A DNA stretch of 64,000 nt from Bryobacterales bacterium (lineage in GTDB: Bacteria; Acidobacteriota; Terriglobia; Bryobacterales; Bryobacteraceae): positions 2,458 to 66,457 of the forward strand of contig CAWJBS010000108.1 in NCBI GenBank assembly GCA_963840845.1, written 5' to 3'. The first letter of the stretch is position 1. Each line of letters opens with the position of its first letter. The position numbers and the translations under genes are program-made. Shown one piece after another: positions 9,876-20,365 of this stretch. The notes below the pieces were generated by a model that searched no databases, had not been told where the DNA came from, and saw only the letters and a list, made by a program, of their open reading frames with translations.

Positions 9876-10984
9876 TCAGGGGATTGGGCACGCTGGCGAT
9901 AGTGAGGTCAGCCGGCGACGACTGGAACGCTTTCCCCAAGTAAATTTTTTCGTCACGCTGTAATTCCAAAGAGACCCACCGACAAGCCAAGCAAGCTGGC
10001 GCCATACCATTCGGAGCCCAACGCTCCAGCGGCGTGAGCCATTTTGAGGTTGATCCACATTCCAGCCGAACAGGCAATATAAAAGGACAGGAGACCGTGC
10101 ACGCGGTCCTTTCCCTTCAAACGTACGCTGCGAAAAGTGATGGCGTTATTCAAGAAGAAATCGGCGGTCATGGCAACCACCGCGGCGGACATTTGTGCCA
10201 CGTCGAAACTCGCGCGAACGCTGAACAGCGCCAGCGCGAACACGACCGAGTACACGGTGACACCCAAACTTCCCACTAACGCAAAGAGGATATAGCCAGG
10301 TGGAACGATGCCGCCCATGATCTTGTCTAGCAACAATTGAAAAAATTCCAGGCGTGCCAGCACATCGAGCTTATTTTCCCCATTTACGCGGTCGCGATGG
10401 GCGTACGGCAGTTCAGCTACTTTGGGCCGGCGGCGGCGCGCGGAGGCGAGCAGAGCGATCAGAATTTTCGAGCCAATCCCCGAAACGCGGGGCGCTGCGT
10501 CCATTACGAATTCGCGTCGAGCGAGAAAGAAACCGCTGAGGGGATCAGCAAGTTCGCAACGGCAGATCACGGAACTGAGCCGCCGCGCAAGCCGGCCACG
10601 CTGCACAGCGCGGCTGCCCACGACCACGTCAAGGTTTTGCGATTGGATGAGGTGCAGCATGTGCGGCAGAATCCGCTCATCGTGCTGCAGATCTGCGTCC
10701 ATCACGGCGATAAAAGGCGCGGCCGTGCTCAGCATTCCTTCCAGACTGGCCGAGACCACGCCCCGCCGATTCAACCGCTGGATGAGGCGAACCCGCGGAT
10801 CATGCTGGGCGATAGCGCGCACGCGTTCGGCCGTGCCGTCGCGCGAATCATCGTCAACAAAGATCACTTCGTATTGAATGTCTTGCAAACTTTCCGCGAG
10901 ACGTTCCAGTACGATGGCCACGTTATCACGCTCTTCGAACGTGGGGATAACCACCGCTACCTTAATGTTGCGCGCGAAAGACAC
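9876..10984 (-). CDS. Family-2 glycosyltransferase (polyprenol-phosphate sugar transferase type) with GtrA-like membrane C-terminus, frame broken near 9960
   Basis: VVIPTFEE, FVDDDSRDGT and MDADLQHD (DxD) motifs, followed by four hydrophobic helices. The last helix, ..SLWNYSVTKKFTW.., lies in another frame. Confidence 0.8.
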
Positions 10985-11038
10985 ATAGGACCAATCGGTC
11001 CAGCAAGGGGAAAGGTTGAGAGGTTTATATGCTAGGTT

Positions 11039-11758
11039 GTGACCAAGATGGCAAAATTCCTAAATTGTCGAACGAGCTTAATCCTCCACCTTGCCGTGTG
11101 GGGAGTGATACTCAGCCCAATAGCGCAGAGCCAAACGGAGGCGAAACCAGACGAACCTAAGCGCGACGCGCAAGCGGCCGCCGCTGCCAATGAATCGAAA
11201 GGTATGCCACCACGAGCCTCCCCGTCCGACTATCAATCGCAAGCACATGTGGGGAACGTGACCATCGCAGCCGATTTTGCGGGCCACTCCGTAACCACGG
11301 CCGACGCCGTTTATTCATCGGAAGATTATGTGACGGTGGAAGTGGCGTTTTTTGGACCGGCGGATAGCAAAGTGAAGCTCTCTGCGGAAGATTTTTCTTT
11401 GAAACTCAAGGATAAGAAAAATGCATTTGCCAGTCAGCCTTTTAGTTATTTGACGCGTTCGTTGAAAGATCCGGAATGGCAGCCGCCCGAAGAGCCGGAA
11501 GAGAAGAAATCGAAGACCGGCATTAACACCGGGGGCGGCGGCGGAGATGAGCCGAAGGTTGCGCCGAAGATGCCGCTTGATCTGCGCCGCAAGATGGAAC
11601 AGCGCGTATTGAAATCCGTTTTGCCGGAAGGCGATCGAGCGCTGCCTGTGGCGGGCCTGATTTTCTTTCAATACCGCGGCAAGACCCAGAACATGAAGGA
11701 TATGGAATTGATTTACAGCGGTGCGGCCGGAACGGTCAGCTTGCCGCTGCAGCCTTAA
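11039..11758 (+). CDS. Secreted hypothetical protein
   Basis: 239-aa ORF with an N-terminal signal-like helix and GC3-rich codon usage. I recognise no family. Confidence 0.5.
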   Translation: MTKMAKFLNCRTSLILHLAVWGVILSPIAQSQTEAKPDEPKRDAQAAAAANESKGMPPRASPSDYQSQAHVGNVTIAADFAGHSVTTADAVYSSEDYVTVEVAFFGPADSKVKLSAEDFSLKLKDKKNAFASQPFSYLTRSLKDPEWQPPEEPEEKKSKTGINTGGGGGDEPKVAPKMPLDLRRKMEQRVLKSVLPEGDRALPVAGLIFFQYRGKTQNMKDMELIYSGAAGTVSLPLQP

Positions 11759-11763
11759 TATAT

Positions 11764-11982
11764 ATGTTGAACGCTCGTATGCGCGCTCTGGTGAAAAGCC
11801 TGGCGCAGGCTGGTATGCCAGACCATCAAATTGCTTTCAGGCTCGGCATTTCTCTGCCGACTTTGCGTGAAGTTTTCGGCGACGATATCGCGCGGGAAAA
11901 AGCGCTCAATTGCAAGCCCATCGTGCGTTTTATTGTGCGCGACCCGGACGGCAATATTCTGCACGATTCCTGGCAAAACTAG
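11764..11982 (+). CDS. Possible small helix-turn-helix protein
   Basis: 72-aa ORF. The GMPDHQIAFRLGISLPTLREVF segment looks like an HTH. It starts 6 nt after the previous stop. Confidence 0.35.
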   Translation: MLNARMRALVKSLAQAGMPDHQIAFRLGISLPTLREVFGDDIAREKALNCKPIVRFIVRDPDGNILHDSWQN

Positions 11983-12040
11983 CGCAGCGCGCACGATAGG
12001 CGTCCGCCTTTGGCCGCGCGTGCTAATATCTACTTCCACC

Positions 12041-13474
12041 ATGCACCGACACACCTCAAGTAGGCTGATCCTGCCCTTGGCGCTGTTCGCGATGGTCAGC
12101 CAAGCCGCCGATCAGACCACGATCACCAGCCAATATGGCCCAACCGCCAGCCGCCTCATTGATGCCGCTTTGCAAGATGATGCGGGCTATGCGCGTTTGG
12201 TCACGCTCTGCGACCGCATTGGTAACCGGCTTAGCGGTTCGGAATCTCTGCTGCGCGCCGTGAAGTGGTCGGCTGAAGAGATGAAGAAGGCGGGCTTGAC
12301 GAACGTAGTTACGCCGCCAGTGATGGTGCCGCATTGGGTGCGCGGGAAAGAGTCGGGCGCCATCATCGCTCCCATTGAACGGCCGCTGCATTTCTTGGGC
12401 TTGGGCATGAGCGTGCAACACGCCGCCGGCGGGCATTACGGCCGATGTTGTGGTGGTTTCCGATTTCGCCGAACTCATGGGCCTGGGGACGAAAGTAGCC
12501 GGCAAAATTGTAGTTTTCAACGCGCCCTATGAGGGCTATGGACGAACCGTCTTATACCGCGTGGCGGGACCGTCGCGCGCAGCCAAGCAAGGGGCCGTTG
12601 GCGTCTTAGTCCGCTCCATCACGCCATTAGCACTGCAGCTTCCCCATACCGGCACGTTGCAATACACCGCGGAAGATCCCAAAATTCCCGCTGCTGCCAT
12701 CAGCATTGAAGATGCCTTGTTGCTGAAGCGGCTGCAAGACAGCGGTGTTACGCCGCGCGTCCATATGGAGATGCAAGCGCACATGGAGCCCGATCAGCAA
12801 GCGGCCAACGTCATCGGCGAAATTGTTGGTGCGGAGCATCCGGAAGAAATTGTGGTGATGGGCGGGCACATTGATTCTTGGGATGTCGGCCAAGGTGCGC
12901 AAGATGACGGCTCGGGCATCATGGCTACTTTGGAAGCGGCGGCGCTTAGTTCATAAGTTAGGCTTGAAGCCGAAGCGCACCATTCGCGTCGTGTTTTGGG
13001 TGAACGAAGAAAACGGCGGCAGGGGCGGGGAAGCATATGCCCAGTGGGTGGGCGACAAAGCGAAGAACCATGTCGCCGCTATCGAGATGGACGAAGGCGC
13101 TGAGCGGCCTTTGGGGTTTGGTTATGGCACGTTCTTTGGGCGCGGACCGACAGCCGGCGGGTCGGACCATAGAGGCTCGACCCGAACAGGAGCATTCGTT
13201 TAAGTTGTGCCAGGAGATCGCTCAGTTGCTGGCGCCGATTCAGGCGACGCAAGTGAACCAGGGCGGAGGTGGAGCGGATATTGGTCCGATAGTCGCGCAA
13301 GGCGTAGCGAGTTTGAGCCCGACGACAACTGCCGAACACTATTTCGATTGGCATCATACGCAGGCGGATACGGTCGATAAAGTTGATCCGCGTGAGTTCA
13401 AGAAGAATACCGCGATGCTGGCTGTGCTGGCTTATATTCTGGCGGATATGCCGGAGAAGTTGGCGGGGCGGTAG
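12041..13474 (+). CDS. M28 family peptidase (carboxypeptidase Q-like), at least 3 frame breaks (about 12420, 12950, 13150)
   Basis: Signal peptide, PA-like insert, then GGHIDSWDVGQGAQDDGSG and FWVNEENGGRGG metal-ligand motifs, ending HTQADTVDKV. The pieces are spread over four overlapping ORFs. Confidence 0.8.
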
Positions 13475-13478
13475 CGCG

Positions 13479-14084
13479 TTACTCGCCCAGTGGATTCCAG
13501 ACCGGAGCGAGGTCTAAGACGAAACCGTCTACCGGAGATTCGGCGGCGATGGATGTGAGAGCGCTCCGCGTTTCCACTTCACGATTCGGGCGGTAGATTT
13601 CCACGCTTTGTGTGTCTGGATTAATGAGCCAGGCGAGTTGTGCGCCGTTAGCAATCCACTCGTGCATCTTTGCCTGCAGAGTGCGCAACCGGTCGCTGTT
13701 CGATTTGAGTTCAATCACGAACTCCGGACAAAGATGGAAAAATCCGTCTCGGCTTTCTTTGCTCAACTGCTGAATTTTGCTTTTCTCCACCCAACTCGCA
13801 TCCGCCGAGCGCCGCGCGCCCGAGGGCAGAACAAAGCCGCCCGACGAATCCAAGACGATGCCTCGTGAATCTTTTTGCGCCCAGGCAGTCAGTTGGCTTG
13901 TGATTTGGGAGTTGCGCGCCGCGGTCAGCGAGAAAGTGGGAGCCATGACGATGAGTTCCCCTTCAGCGGTCATTTCAAATGACAGATCTGGATGTTCGGC
14001 ACAGAACTCGGCAAACTGCGCATCAGTCATCGGAGGCGCGTTCAGGGTGGCGGGCAAAAACGACTCGTCAATCGTGAAAGCCAT
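13479..14084 (-). CDS. Uma2 family (DUF820) PD-(D/E)xK endonuclease-like protein, copy 1
   Basis: Typical Uma2 layout: ..FEMTAEGELIVMAP....DASWV....PEFVIELKS.. Confidence 0.75.
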   Translation of the reverse strand: MAFTIDESFLPATLNAPPMTDAQFAEFCAEHPDLSFEMTAEGELIVMAPTFSLTAARNSQITSQLTAWAQKDSRGIVLDSSGGFVLPSGARRSADASWVEKSKIQQLSKESRDGFFHLCPEFVIELKSNSDRLRTLQAKMHEWIANGAQLAWLINPDTQSVEIYRPNREVETRSALTSIAAESPVDGFVLDLAPVWNPLGE

Positions 14085-14179
14085 GCCAATAGTTTAGCGC
14101 GTATACAGCAACAGCGCTTTCTTGATATAATTAAGGCCTAAATCCCTAGTGTGTTTGGGATGATTCAGCCGACCCGCCC

Positions 14180-16429
14180 ATGAAAGCCAGCAATCCACAG
14201 TGGAAAGAGCGCCTATCCGCGCAGATCAAACCCGAGTTAGCAACGGAGATTGACGTCTTCGAAAACGAGATCGCCCTGAAAAAACAAGGGAAGATTGAAG
14301 ACAAAGTCTTCGCCGAAACCCGTTTGCGGCGCGGTGCTTATGGCCAGCGTTACGACAACGGCCAGCGGCATGATGGTGTGGAAAGCCGCAAGCTGGTTTA
14401 TCCGCAAGAAGCGTTGACGAAAGGCCCGGGCACTCTTTGGGATGCACCCGGTATGCAGCGGATCAAAATTCCTTTCGGCGGGATGGATGCTTCGCAAATT
14501 GAAGTCATGGCGGAACTGGCCGAAGAATATTCAGACGGCATTGCGCACGTCACCACGCGGCAAGATATCCAGTTGCACTACATCCACATCGAAGACACGC
14601 CGGCGTTAATGCGACGCTTGGCCGCGGTTGGTATCACTACGCGCGAAGCGTGTGGCAACAGCGTTCGTAACGTGACCGCGTGCCACTTGTCGGGGGTCTG
14701 CCGCGATCAATCTTTTGACGTCACGCCCTACGCGAAAGCCACCGCCTACTTTTTGCTGGGCCATCCCGACGCGCAAGATTTTGGCCGTAAGATGAAGATC
14801 GCCTTCTCCGGTTGCGACACCAATCCGTGCGGGCTGGTGCGCATTCACGATATTGGTTTGATTGCGCGTGAACGCGATGGCCAGCGCGGTTTCGAAGTGT
14901 GGGTGGGTGGTGGTTTAGGCGCGGTGCCGTATCAAGCGAAATTGTTTGACGAATTTTTGCCGGAGGCGGAATTGTTGCCGCTTACGCAGGCTATTTCCCG
15001 GGTCTTCGGCCGTTTGGGCGAGAAGAAAAATCGCAACACGGCGCGTTTGAAATTTCTGGTTGCGAAGTTGGGTCTCGACGAATTTAAGCGGTTAGTCAAA
15101 GAAGAGCGCGCCATCCTCAGCAACGATCCGCGCTGGACCTCTTATTTATCCGAGACGCGCCACGAACAGGAAACGCCGCGCCGCCCCGCCGGCTTGGTGC
15201 AAATCAAGTCGGAAGAATTTCAGCAGTGGAAAGCGGCTAACGTTTACGATCAGCGGCAAAAGGGCTACGCCACCGTTACGATCGCGCTGCCGTTAGGCGA
15301 TATCACGTCCGATCAGTTACGCGTGCTGGCTGATATCGCCCGCAAATATACCAACGAAACCCTGCGTCTCACGGTCGAACAGAACATTGTCCTGCGCTGG
15401 GTGAGCGAGGCCGATCTGGAAGATTTGCACAAAGATCTGAAGGCCGGAAAACTCGCCGCGCCGGTAGCCGAAACGATTTTCGATCCTGTCTCGTGCCCCG
15501 GCACCGACACCTGCAAGCTGGGCATTTCCGCCTCGCGCGGTCTTGCCGGCGAACTGCGCGTGCGCCTGGTCGAAAATTCCGTCACGCAAGACGAAGCCGT
15601 GCGCAAGCTGCGTATCAAGATCAGCGGCTGTTTCAATTCCTGCGGCCAGCACCACTTGGCCGATCTCGGTTTTTATGGAGTGAATCGCAACAAAAACGGC
15701 TACGCCACGCCGCATTTTCAAGTCGTGCTTGGCGGCCAGTGGAGCAACAACGCCGGCTCTTACGGTTTGGCCATTGGCGCTGTTCCTTCCAAGCGCATCC
15801 CGGAAGCCGTAGACCGCATCACCCGCCGCTTCGTATCCGAGCGCCAGAGCGGCGAAGAATTTCAAGCCTTCATCAAACGCATCGGCAAAGTGGAATGCAA
15901 GAAGATGCTTGACGATCTCGGCAATCTGCCCTCGCATGATCAAGACCCCTCCATGTATACCGATTGGCACGATCCGCGCGAATACACGCTGGGTGATTTA
16001 GGCATCGGCGAGTGCGCGGGCGAAGTAGTAACGCCGTTGGAGTTCCAACTGACTGCCTGCGAGCGCGAAGCCTTTGAAGCGCAGTTAGCTTTAGAGAAGG
16101 GTGATAGTGCGGGCGCCGCGAAGCTCGCATATCAAGCCATGCTGAACGGCGCAAAAGCGCTGCTCTCTTGGCGCAAAGCGTTCTTCCTTCCGACCGCAGA
16201 CGGCATCGTGGAAGCCTTCCGCAAAGAGTTCTACGATACCGAACTTTTCTTCGATCCGTTTGCCGGCGGCAAGTTTGGCCAATTCTTATTCCGCGCGCAT
16301 GAACACGCTGCCGATTCGTATAACGCCGAAGCCGCTCATCGCCTAACGGAAGAAACGCAGCTCTTTATTGAAGCCTGCCATAGCTGCTCGCTGCGCCTCA
16401 CACAACAACAAGCGCCGGTGCCAGCGTAA
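14180..16429 (+). CDS. Ferredoxin-type sulfite/nitrite reductase hemoprotein with a long C-terminal extension
   Basis: Duplicated NIR_SIR halves. The siroheme/4Fe-4S cysteine cluster is SCPGTDTCKL ... ISGCFNSCGQHH. 749 aa. The last approximately 170 aa lie beyond the usual catalytic core (from my recollection of typical family length). Confidence 0.85.
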   Translation: MKASNPQWKERLSAQIKPELATEIDVFENEIALKKQGKIEDKVFAETRLRRGAYGQRYDNGQRHDGVESRKLVYPQEALTKGPGTLWDAPGMQRIKIPFGGMDASQIEVMAELAEEYSDGIAHVTTRQDIQLHYIHIEDTPALMRRLAAVGITTREACGNSVRNVTACHLSGVCRDQSFDVTPYAKATAYFLLGHPDAQDFGRKMKIAFSGCDTNPCGLVRIHDIGLIARERDGQRGFEVWVGGGLGAVPYQAKLFDEFLPEAELLPLTQAISRVFGRLGEKKNRNTARLKFLVAKLGLDEFKRLVKEERAILSNDPRWTSYLSETRHEQETPRRPAGLVQIKSEEFQQWKAANVYDQRQKGYATVTIALPLGDITSDQLRVLADIARKYTNETLRLTVEQNIVLRWVSEADLEDLHKDLKAGKLAAPVAETIFDPVSCPGTDTCKLGISASRGLAGELRVRLVENSVTQDEAVRKLRIKISGCFNSCGQHHLADLGFYGVNRNKNGYATPHFQVVLGGQWSNNAGSYGLAIGAVPSKRIPEAVDRITRRFVSERQSGEEFQAFIKRIGKVECKKMLDDLGNLPSHDQDPSMYTDWHDPREYTLGDLGIGECAGEVVTPLEFQLTACEREAFEAQLALEKGDSAGAAKLAYQAMLNGAKALLSWRKAFFLPTADGIVEAFRKEFYDTELFFDPFAGGKFGQFLFRAHEHAADSYNAEAAHRLTEETQLFIEACHSCSLRLTQQQAPVPA

Positions 16430-16435
16430 GGAGCT

Positions 16436-16978
16436 ATGGACATGCAGCACGTAAACATAAAAATTTTTGCGAATGCCGACAAGAGCTTCGACGTAACGGA
16501 CGCTATCCCGGTTTTCCACCGCTGGATTCAGAAGCGCGATTTGCCGGAAATGCTCATCGACGTGGCTGATTATTCGCACGTCCCCGAAGGCCCAGGCGTC
16601 TTGCTCATCGCGCACGAGGCTAACTATAGCCTTGATTACGCGCGTGATCAATTAGGCCTGCTCTACAACCGCAAAGCCAAAGAAACCGGCGATGGCCAAG
16701 CGCAATTGCGGCAAGCCTACGACTCCGCTTTGCACGCCTGCCGCCGGTTGGAGAATGAGCCTGAGTTCAAAGGCAAGCTCGCCTTCGACAACAATCATCT
16801 GGAACTCGTTTTCAACGACCGTCTCGTTCACCCAAACACCGACGAATCCTGGAACAGCGTCAAGCCTGAAGCCACCAAGTTTTTCGACGGCATTTTCGGC
16901 GCGGGCCAATATGTTCTCGAACGCGCCGGCCAGCCGCGTGAACGTTTGCGTGCCACGGTCCGCAAGGTCACCCAATGA
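16436..16978 (+). CDS. Conserved-looking hypothetical protein embedded in the sulfite reductase-cysteine synthase operon
   Basis: 180-aa ORF starting 6 nt after the reductase stop and overlapping the cysteine synthase start by 4 nt. I recognise no family. Confidence 0.6.
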   Translation: MDMQHVNIKIFANADKSFDVTDAIPVFHRWIQKRDLPEMLIDVADYSHVPEGPGVLLIAHEANYSLDYARDQLGLLYNRKAKETGDGQAQLRQAYDSALHACRRLENEPEFKGKLAFDNNHLELVFNDRLVHPNTDESWNSVKPEATKFFDGIFGAGQYVLERAGQPRERLRATVRKVTQ

Positions 16979-17907
16979 AAAGCCATCTCCTCGAACAAAT
17001 CGGCAACACGCCCCTCGTAAGACTCGAACGCGCTTGTGCCGATCTGCCCGGCGTAGAGATTTGGGTCAAGTGCGAGTTCTTCAATCCTGGCGGCTCCGTC
17101 AAAGATCGTCCCGGCCTCAACATCATCCGTGAAGGGGAGGCTAGCGGCAAACTGAAGCCGGGCAAAACGATTCTCGATGCCACCAGCGGCAACACGGGAA
17201 TTGCTTACGCCATGATCGGCGCAGCCAAAGGCTATGCGGTGAAGCTCTGCCTTCCCGCCAACGCCAGCGACGAGCGCAAAATTATCCTCAAAGCATATGG
17301 CGCGGAATTAGTCCTAACCGATCCGGGTGCGGGTTCCGACGGCGCTTTTCGCAAAGTGCGCGAGATCTACGCCGCCGATCCAGACCGTTACTTCTACGCC
17401 GATCAATACAACAACGACGCCAACTGGCGCGCGCACTTTGAAACCACCGGGCCCGAGATCATCGAACAGACCGCTGGTCGCGTTACTCATTTCGTGGCAC
17501 TTCTCGGCACCACCGGCACCTTCATTGGCACCAGTCGCCGCCTGAAGCGCGACGTGAAAGGAGTCGAATGCTGGTCTGCGCAGCCCTCCACTCCGCTGCA
17601 TGGCGTCGAAGGGACGAAGCATCTTCCGACGTCCATCATCCCCGGAATCTATGACGATACAGTGGCCAACGGCAACATCTGGATCGACACCGAAGACTGT
17701 TACCACATGGCCCGCAAACTGGGCCGTGAAGAAGGTCTACTGCTGGGAATCTCCGCCGCGGGCAATGTCGTCGCTGCCCGCAAGTTAGGCGAACAGCTTG
17801 TCAAAGAAGGCCGCAAAGGTGTGATTGTCACCATCGGCTGCGATGGCGCTTCCAAATATTTGCGCGAAGACTTCTGGCAGGAATCAGAACTAGCCTTGCG
17901 TGTTTGA
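16975..17907 (+). CDS. cysK: Cysteine synthase (O-acetylserine sulfhydrylase, CysK/CysM type)
   Basis: GNTPLV, NPGGSVKDRPG (PLP lysine) and SGNTGIA motifs. 310 aa. Confidence 0.9.
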   Translation: MKSHLLEQIGNTPLVRLERACADLPGVEIWVKCEFFNPGGSVKDRPGLNIIREGEASGKLKPGKTILDATSGNTGIAYAMIGAAKGYAVKLCLPANASDERKIILKAYGAELVLTDPGAGSDGAFRKVREIYAADPDRYFYADQYNNDANWRAHFETTGPEIIEQTAGRVTHFVALLGTTGTFIGTSRRLKRDVKGVECWSAQPSTPLHGVEGTKHLPTSIIPGIYDDTVANGNIWIDTEDCYHMARKLGREEGLLLGISAAGNVVAARKLGEQLVKEGRKGVIVTIGCDGASKYLREDFWQESELALRV

Positions 17908-19395
17908 TTTAGGGTAGTTCGGCGAATACAGCAAGCTCTCCGGCCGCAGCGCCAGCTTGCCGTTCTTTACGAACCTGTCTCCGCGTATGGCTAGATGACT
18001 CACTAACCGTTCGCGCCACTGTGCCAGCGTCGCCCCATAGGCGCCTTCCGCCGCCAGGTTTTTCAATTCATGGCGGTCTTGCGTTAAATCGAACAACTGC
18101 TCCTCCCCATCGCGCGCGTGAAAAATATACTTCATGCGCCCATCGGTCAGCGCGTTCCAATGATTCAGCGGGCTGTAGCAAACATCATGCTCTAAATCGA
18201 TGTGCGTTCGCCACGCCGCAGTATCCGGCCGCAGCAGATCAAGCAAGCTTCTGCCATCCATCGAAACTTCTGGCGTCGGCGCGTGAGCCGCATCCAAAAA
18301 CGTCGGCAGAATATCGCGAATCTCCACCGGCTCCGCACGCACACCGCCCCGTTGGGCACTCACCAATCCCTTCGGCCAACGCAACAGCATAGGAATGCGC
18401 GCCGAAGGTTCGTAGGCATAGCTCTTGCGCCACAGATTCTGGTCGCCCGTCATATCGCCATGGTCGGCCACAAACAGAATCAGCGTCTCTTCCGTCAAAC
18501 CGCGTGCGTCCAGCGCTGCCAGCACACGCCCGATCTGCTCGTCCACATGCGAAACGCTGCCGTAATAGCCGTGCCGCGAACTGCGCACTTGCTCCGCGCC
18601 CAAATCGCCATGCCAAATTTCGTAACCCGGCCCACTGCGCGGCGCGTAACGCTGCGCCCAATCGCCCACGTGCCCTTGCGGTAAATCCGTGCCTTCATAA
18701 TGCTTCCACCAGCGCTGCGGCGGATCATACGGACTATGCGGCCGCTCAAAGGATACCTTTAGAAAGAATGGCTGCGCGCGTTGGTAATCCTGCAAAAACT
18801 TCACCGCCGTATTCGCGGTCCAAGCCGTAGGATGCAATTCCTCCGGCAGCGCATAAGGCGCAGCTCGGTAATCGTTCCAGCCGATCGCGGTTTTATCAGG
18901 ATCGGCCTGCGGAGCGACAGACCAGAACCACGACCGGTAATCGCTCCGAAAATCGATACTCTCTTCCCGGCCCGATTCGTCCAGTAGCGCTTCCTGAAAC
19001 CCATGTACATTCCGTTGCGGCGTGTAATGGCATTTGCCAATCACCGAGGTGAAATAACCGGCACTCTTCAGCGCCCGCGGCAATTCCACCGGATACCGCT
19101 CCGCCACTTTCCCATAGCCCAACAACCCATGATTCCAAGGCGCCATGCCTGTCAATAGTGCCGCGCGGGCCGGCGTGCAAGTGGGCGTGCTCGAATAGGC
19201 GCAGCGAAAACGCACTCCCTCACTCGCCAGCTTGTCCAAATTCGGCGTGTGAATCTGCGCATTGCCGTCACAGTGCAGGGCATCTCCGCGGAACTGGTCC
19301 GCCATCAACAGCAGAATGTTAGGTTGCGAAGCGGCGGCACGTCCACCCGGAAAAGTGGCAGCCGCCGCCAGCGACAAAAAAGCGCGACGATGCAT
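17890..19395 (-). CDS. Arylsulfatase (Cys-type sulfatase family)
   Basis: Signal/Tat-like N-terminus, LLMADQFR, and the formylglycine motif SSTPTCTPARAALLTGM (CxPxR). Confidence 0.9.
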   Translation of the reverse strand: MHRRAFLSLAAAATFPGGRAAASQPNILLLMADQFRGDALHCDGNAQIHTPNLDKLASEGVRFRCAYSSTPTCTPARAALLTGMAPWNHGLLGYGKVAERYPVELPRALKSAGYFTSVIGKCHYTPQRNVHGFQEALLDESGREESIDFRSDYRSWFWSVAPQADPDKTAIGWNDYRAAPYALPEELHPTAWTANTAVKFLQDYQRAQPFFLKVSFERPHSPYDPPQRWWKHYEGTDLPQGHVGDWAQRYAPRSGPGYEIWHGDLGAEQVRSSRHGYYGSVSHVDEQIGRVLAALDARGLTEETLILFVADHGDMTGDQNLWRKSYAYEPSARIPMLLRWPKGLVSAQRGGVRAEPVEIRDILPTFLDAAHAPTPEVSMDGRSLLDLLRPDTAAWRTHIDLEHDVCYSPLNHWNALTDGRMKYIFHARDGEEQLFDLTQDRHELKNLAAEGAYGATLAQWRERLVSHLAIRGDRFVKNGKLALRPESLLYSPNYPKSNTQG

Positions 19396-20001
19396 ATTGT
19401 AAGTATGGCCGCTGCCAATCTACCACCGGTTAAGGAATGGAGCGCCACTCTCTTACTCGACACCCTCGAACGCGCTTTGCACGCGAGTAAGACAGAGTGG
19501 ATGTTCCTCCGTGAGCTACGAGTGGGAACCGGATTCCGTGGACAATCCCTGCAGCGCCTTGACGCTTTCGCCCTCAACTGCCTTCCCCATCAGGGCATGC
19601 GCCGTATTTGTTACGAAATTAAAATATCTAGAGCCGATTTTAAGTGCGAATTAAAAAATCCACTCAAGAAAAAAGTCGGAATGCGCTATTCAAATGAATT
19701 TTATTTTGTAACACCGGGCGGCTTGTTAACCGCCGAGGAAATACCCGTTGAATGCGGCTTGGTTGAGATTGGATCGGCCACGTTCGAGGAATGGAAGACC
19801 ATCATGAAGCGGCAAGCGGGCTTCTTCTATTACGATCCCGATTTGGCTCGCTATTGCATGGTCACCGTGCCCGCGTGCTGGCGTGAAACTCCCGGGCCCA
19901 CTTGGCAATTCACCGCCGCTATGCTGCGAAATCAGCGTAAAGAACTTGAGGAACGGCCTCCCGTCCCTCCAAAACAGCAAAAAATTCAGTTTGATTCATA
20001 A
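19390..20001 (+). CDS. MmcB-like PD-(D/E)xK family protein (start uncertain: 19390 or 19405)
   Basis: LRELRVGTG....RLDAFAL....YEIKISRADF....NEFYFVTP pattern, as in MmcB family DNA-repair proteins. Confidence 0.55.
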   Translation: MHIVSMAAANLPPVKEWSATLLLDTLERALHASKTEWMFLRELRVGTGFRGQSLQRLDAFALNCLPHQGMRRICYEIKISRADFKCELKNPLKKKVGMRYSNEFYFVTPGGLLTAEEIPVECGLVEIGSATFEEWKTIMKRQAGFFYYDPDLARYCMVTVPACWRETPGPTWQFTAAMLRNQRKELEERPPVPPKQQKIQFDS

Positions 20002-20008
20002 CCCGCGC

Positions 20009-20221
20009 TTACGACGAAGCACTGGTGCCACGCGACCGCTTGGGCCAAGCCGGAGGTACGCCATACCATCTTGGCCGGTAGAATCGCAGTTCACAGTTGT
20101 AGCAACGGCACGTGACGATCAAAAAGCGAACAAGCGCCTCAAAAATGTTACGCTCATTTGACCGCCTGATATCGGAAGATCTGCAACGCGGACATTCTTT
20201 TGCATGAAAAGCTAACGTCAT
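20009..20221 (-). CDS. Small zinc-ribbon protein
   Basis: 70-aa ORF with CPRC ... CRCYNC cysteine pairs. An AT-rich putative promoter region lies upstream (20222-20283). Confidence 0.45.
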   Translation of the reverse strand: MTLAFHAKECPRCRSSDIRRSNERNIFEALVRFLIVTCRCYNCELRFYRPRWYGVPPAWPKRSRGTSASS

Positions 20222-20300
20222 TGTTACGTAATTTAGAGTAACATCTTTCCAAATATAGATTAATTATTGAAAAAAAGTTGACCTTGGTCTTTCAAGCCAA

Positions 20301-20336
20301 GGAAAAAACAAGAACCGCGAGGGACCCCGCGGTTCT
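20301..20336 (-). terminator. Rho-independent terminator after the 20366..21262 gene
   Basis: Stem AGAACCGCG/CGCGGTTCT (20311-20336). On the minus strand it is followed by TGTTTTTTCC. Confidence 0.6.
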
Positions 20337-20365
20337 AAAAAAGCCCGTAATGTGAGTGACGCGTT

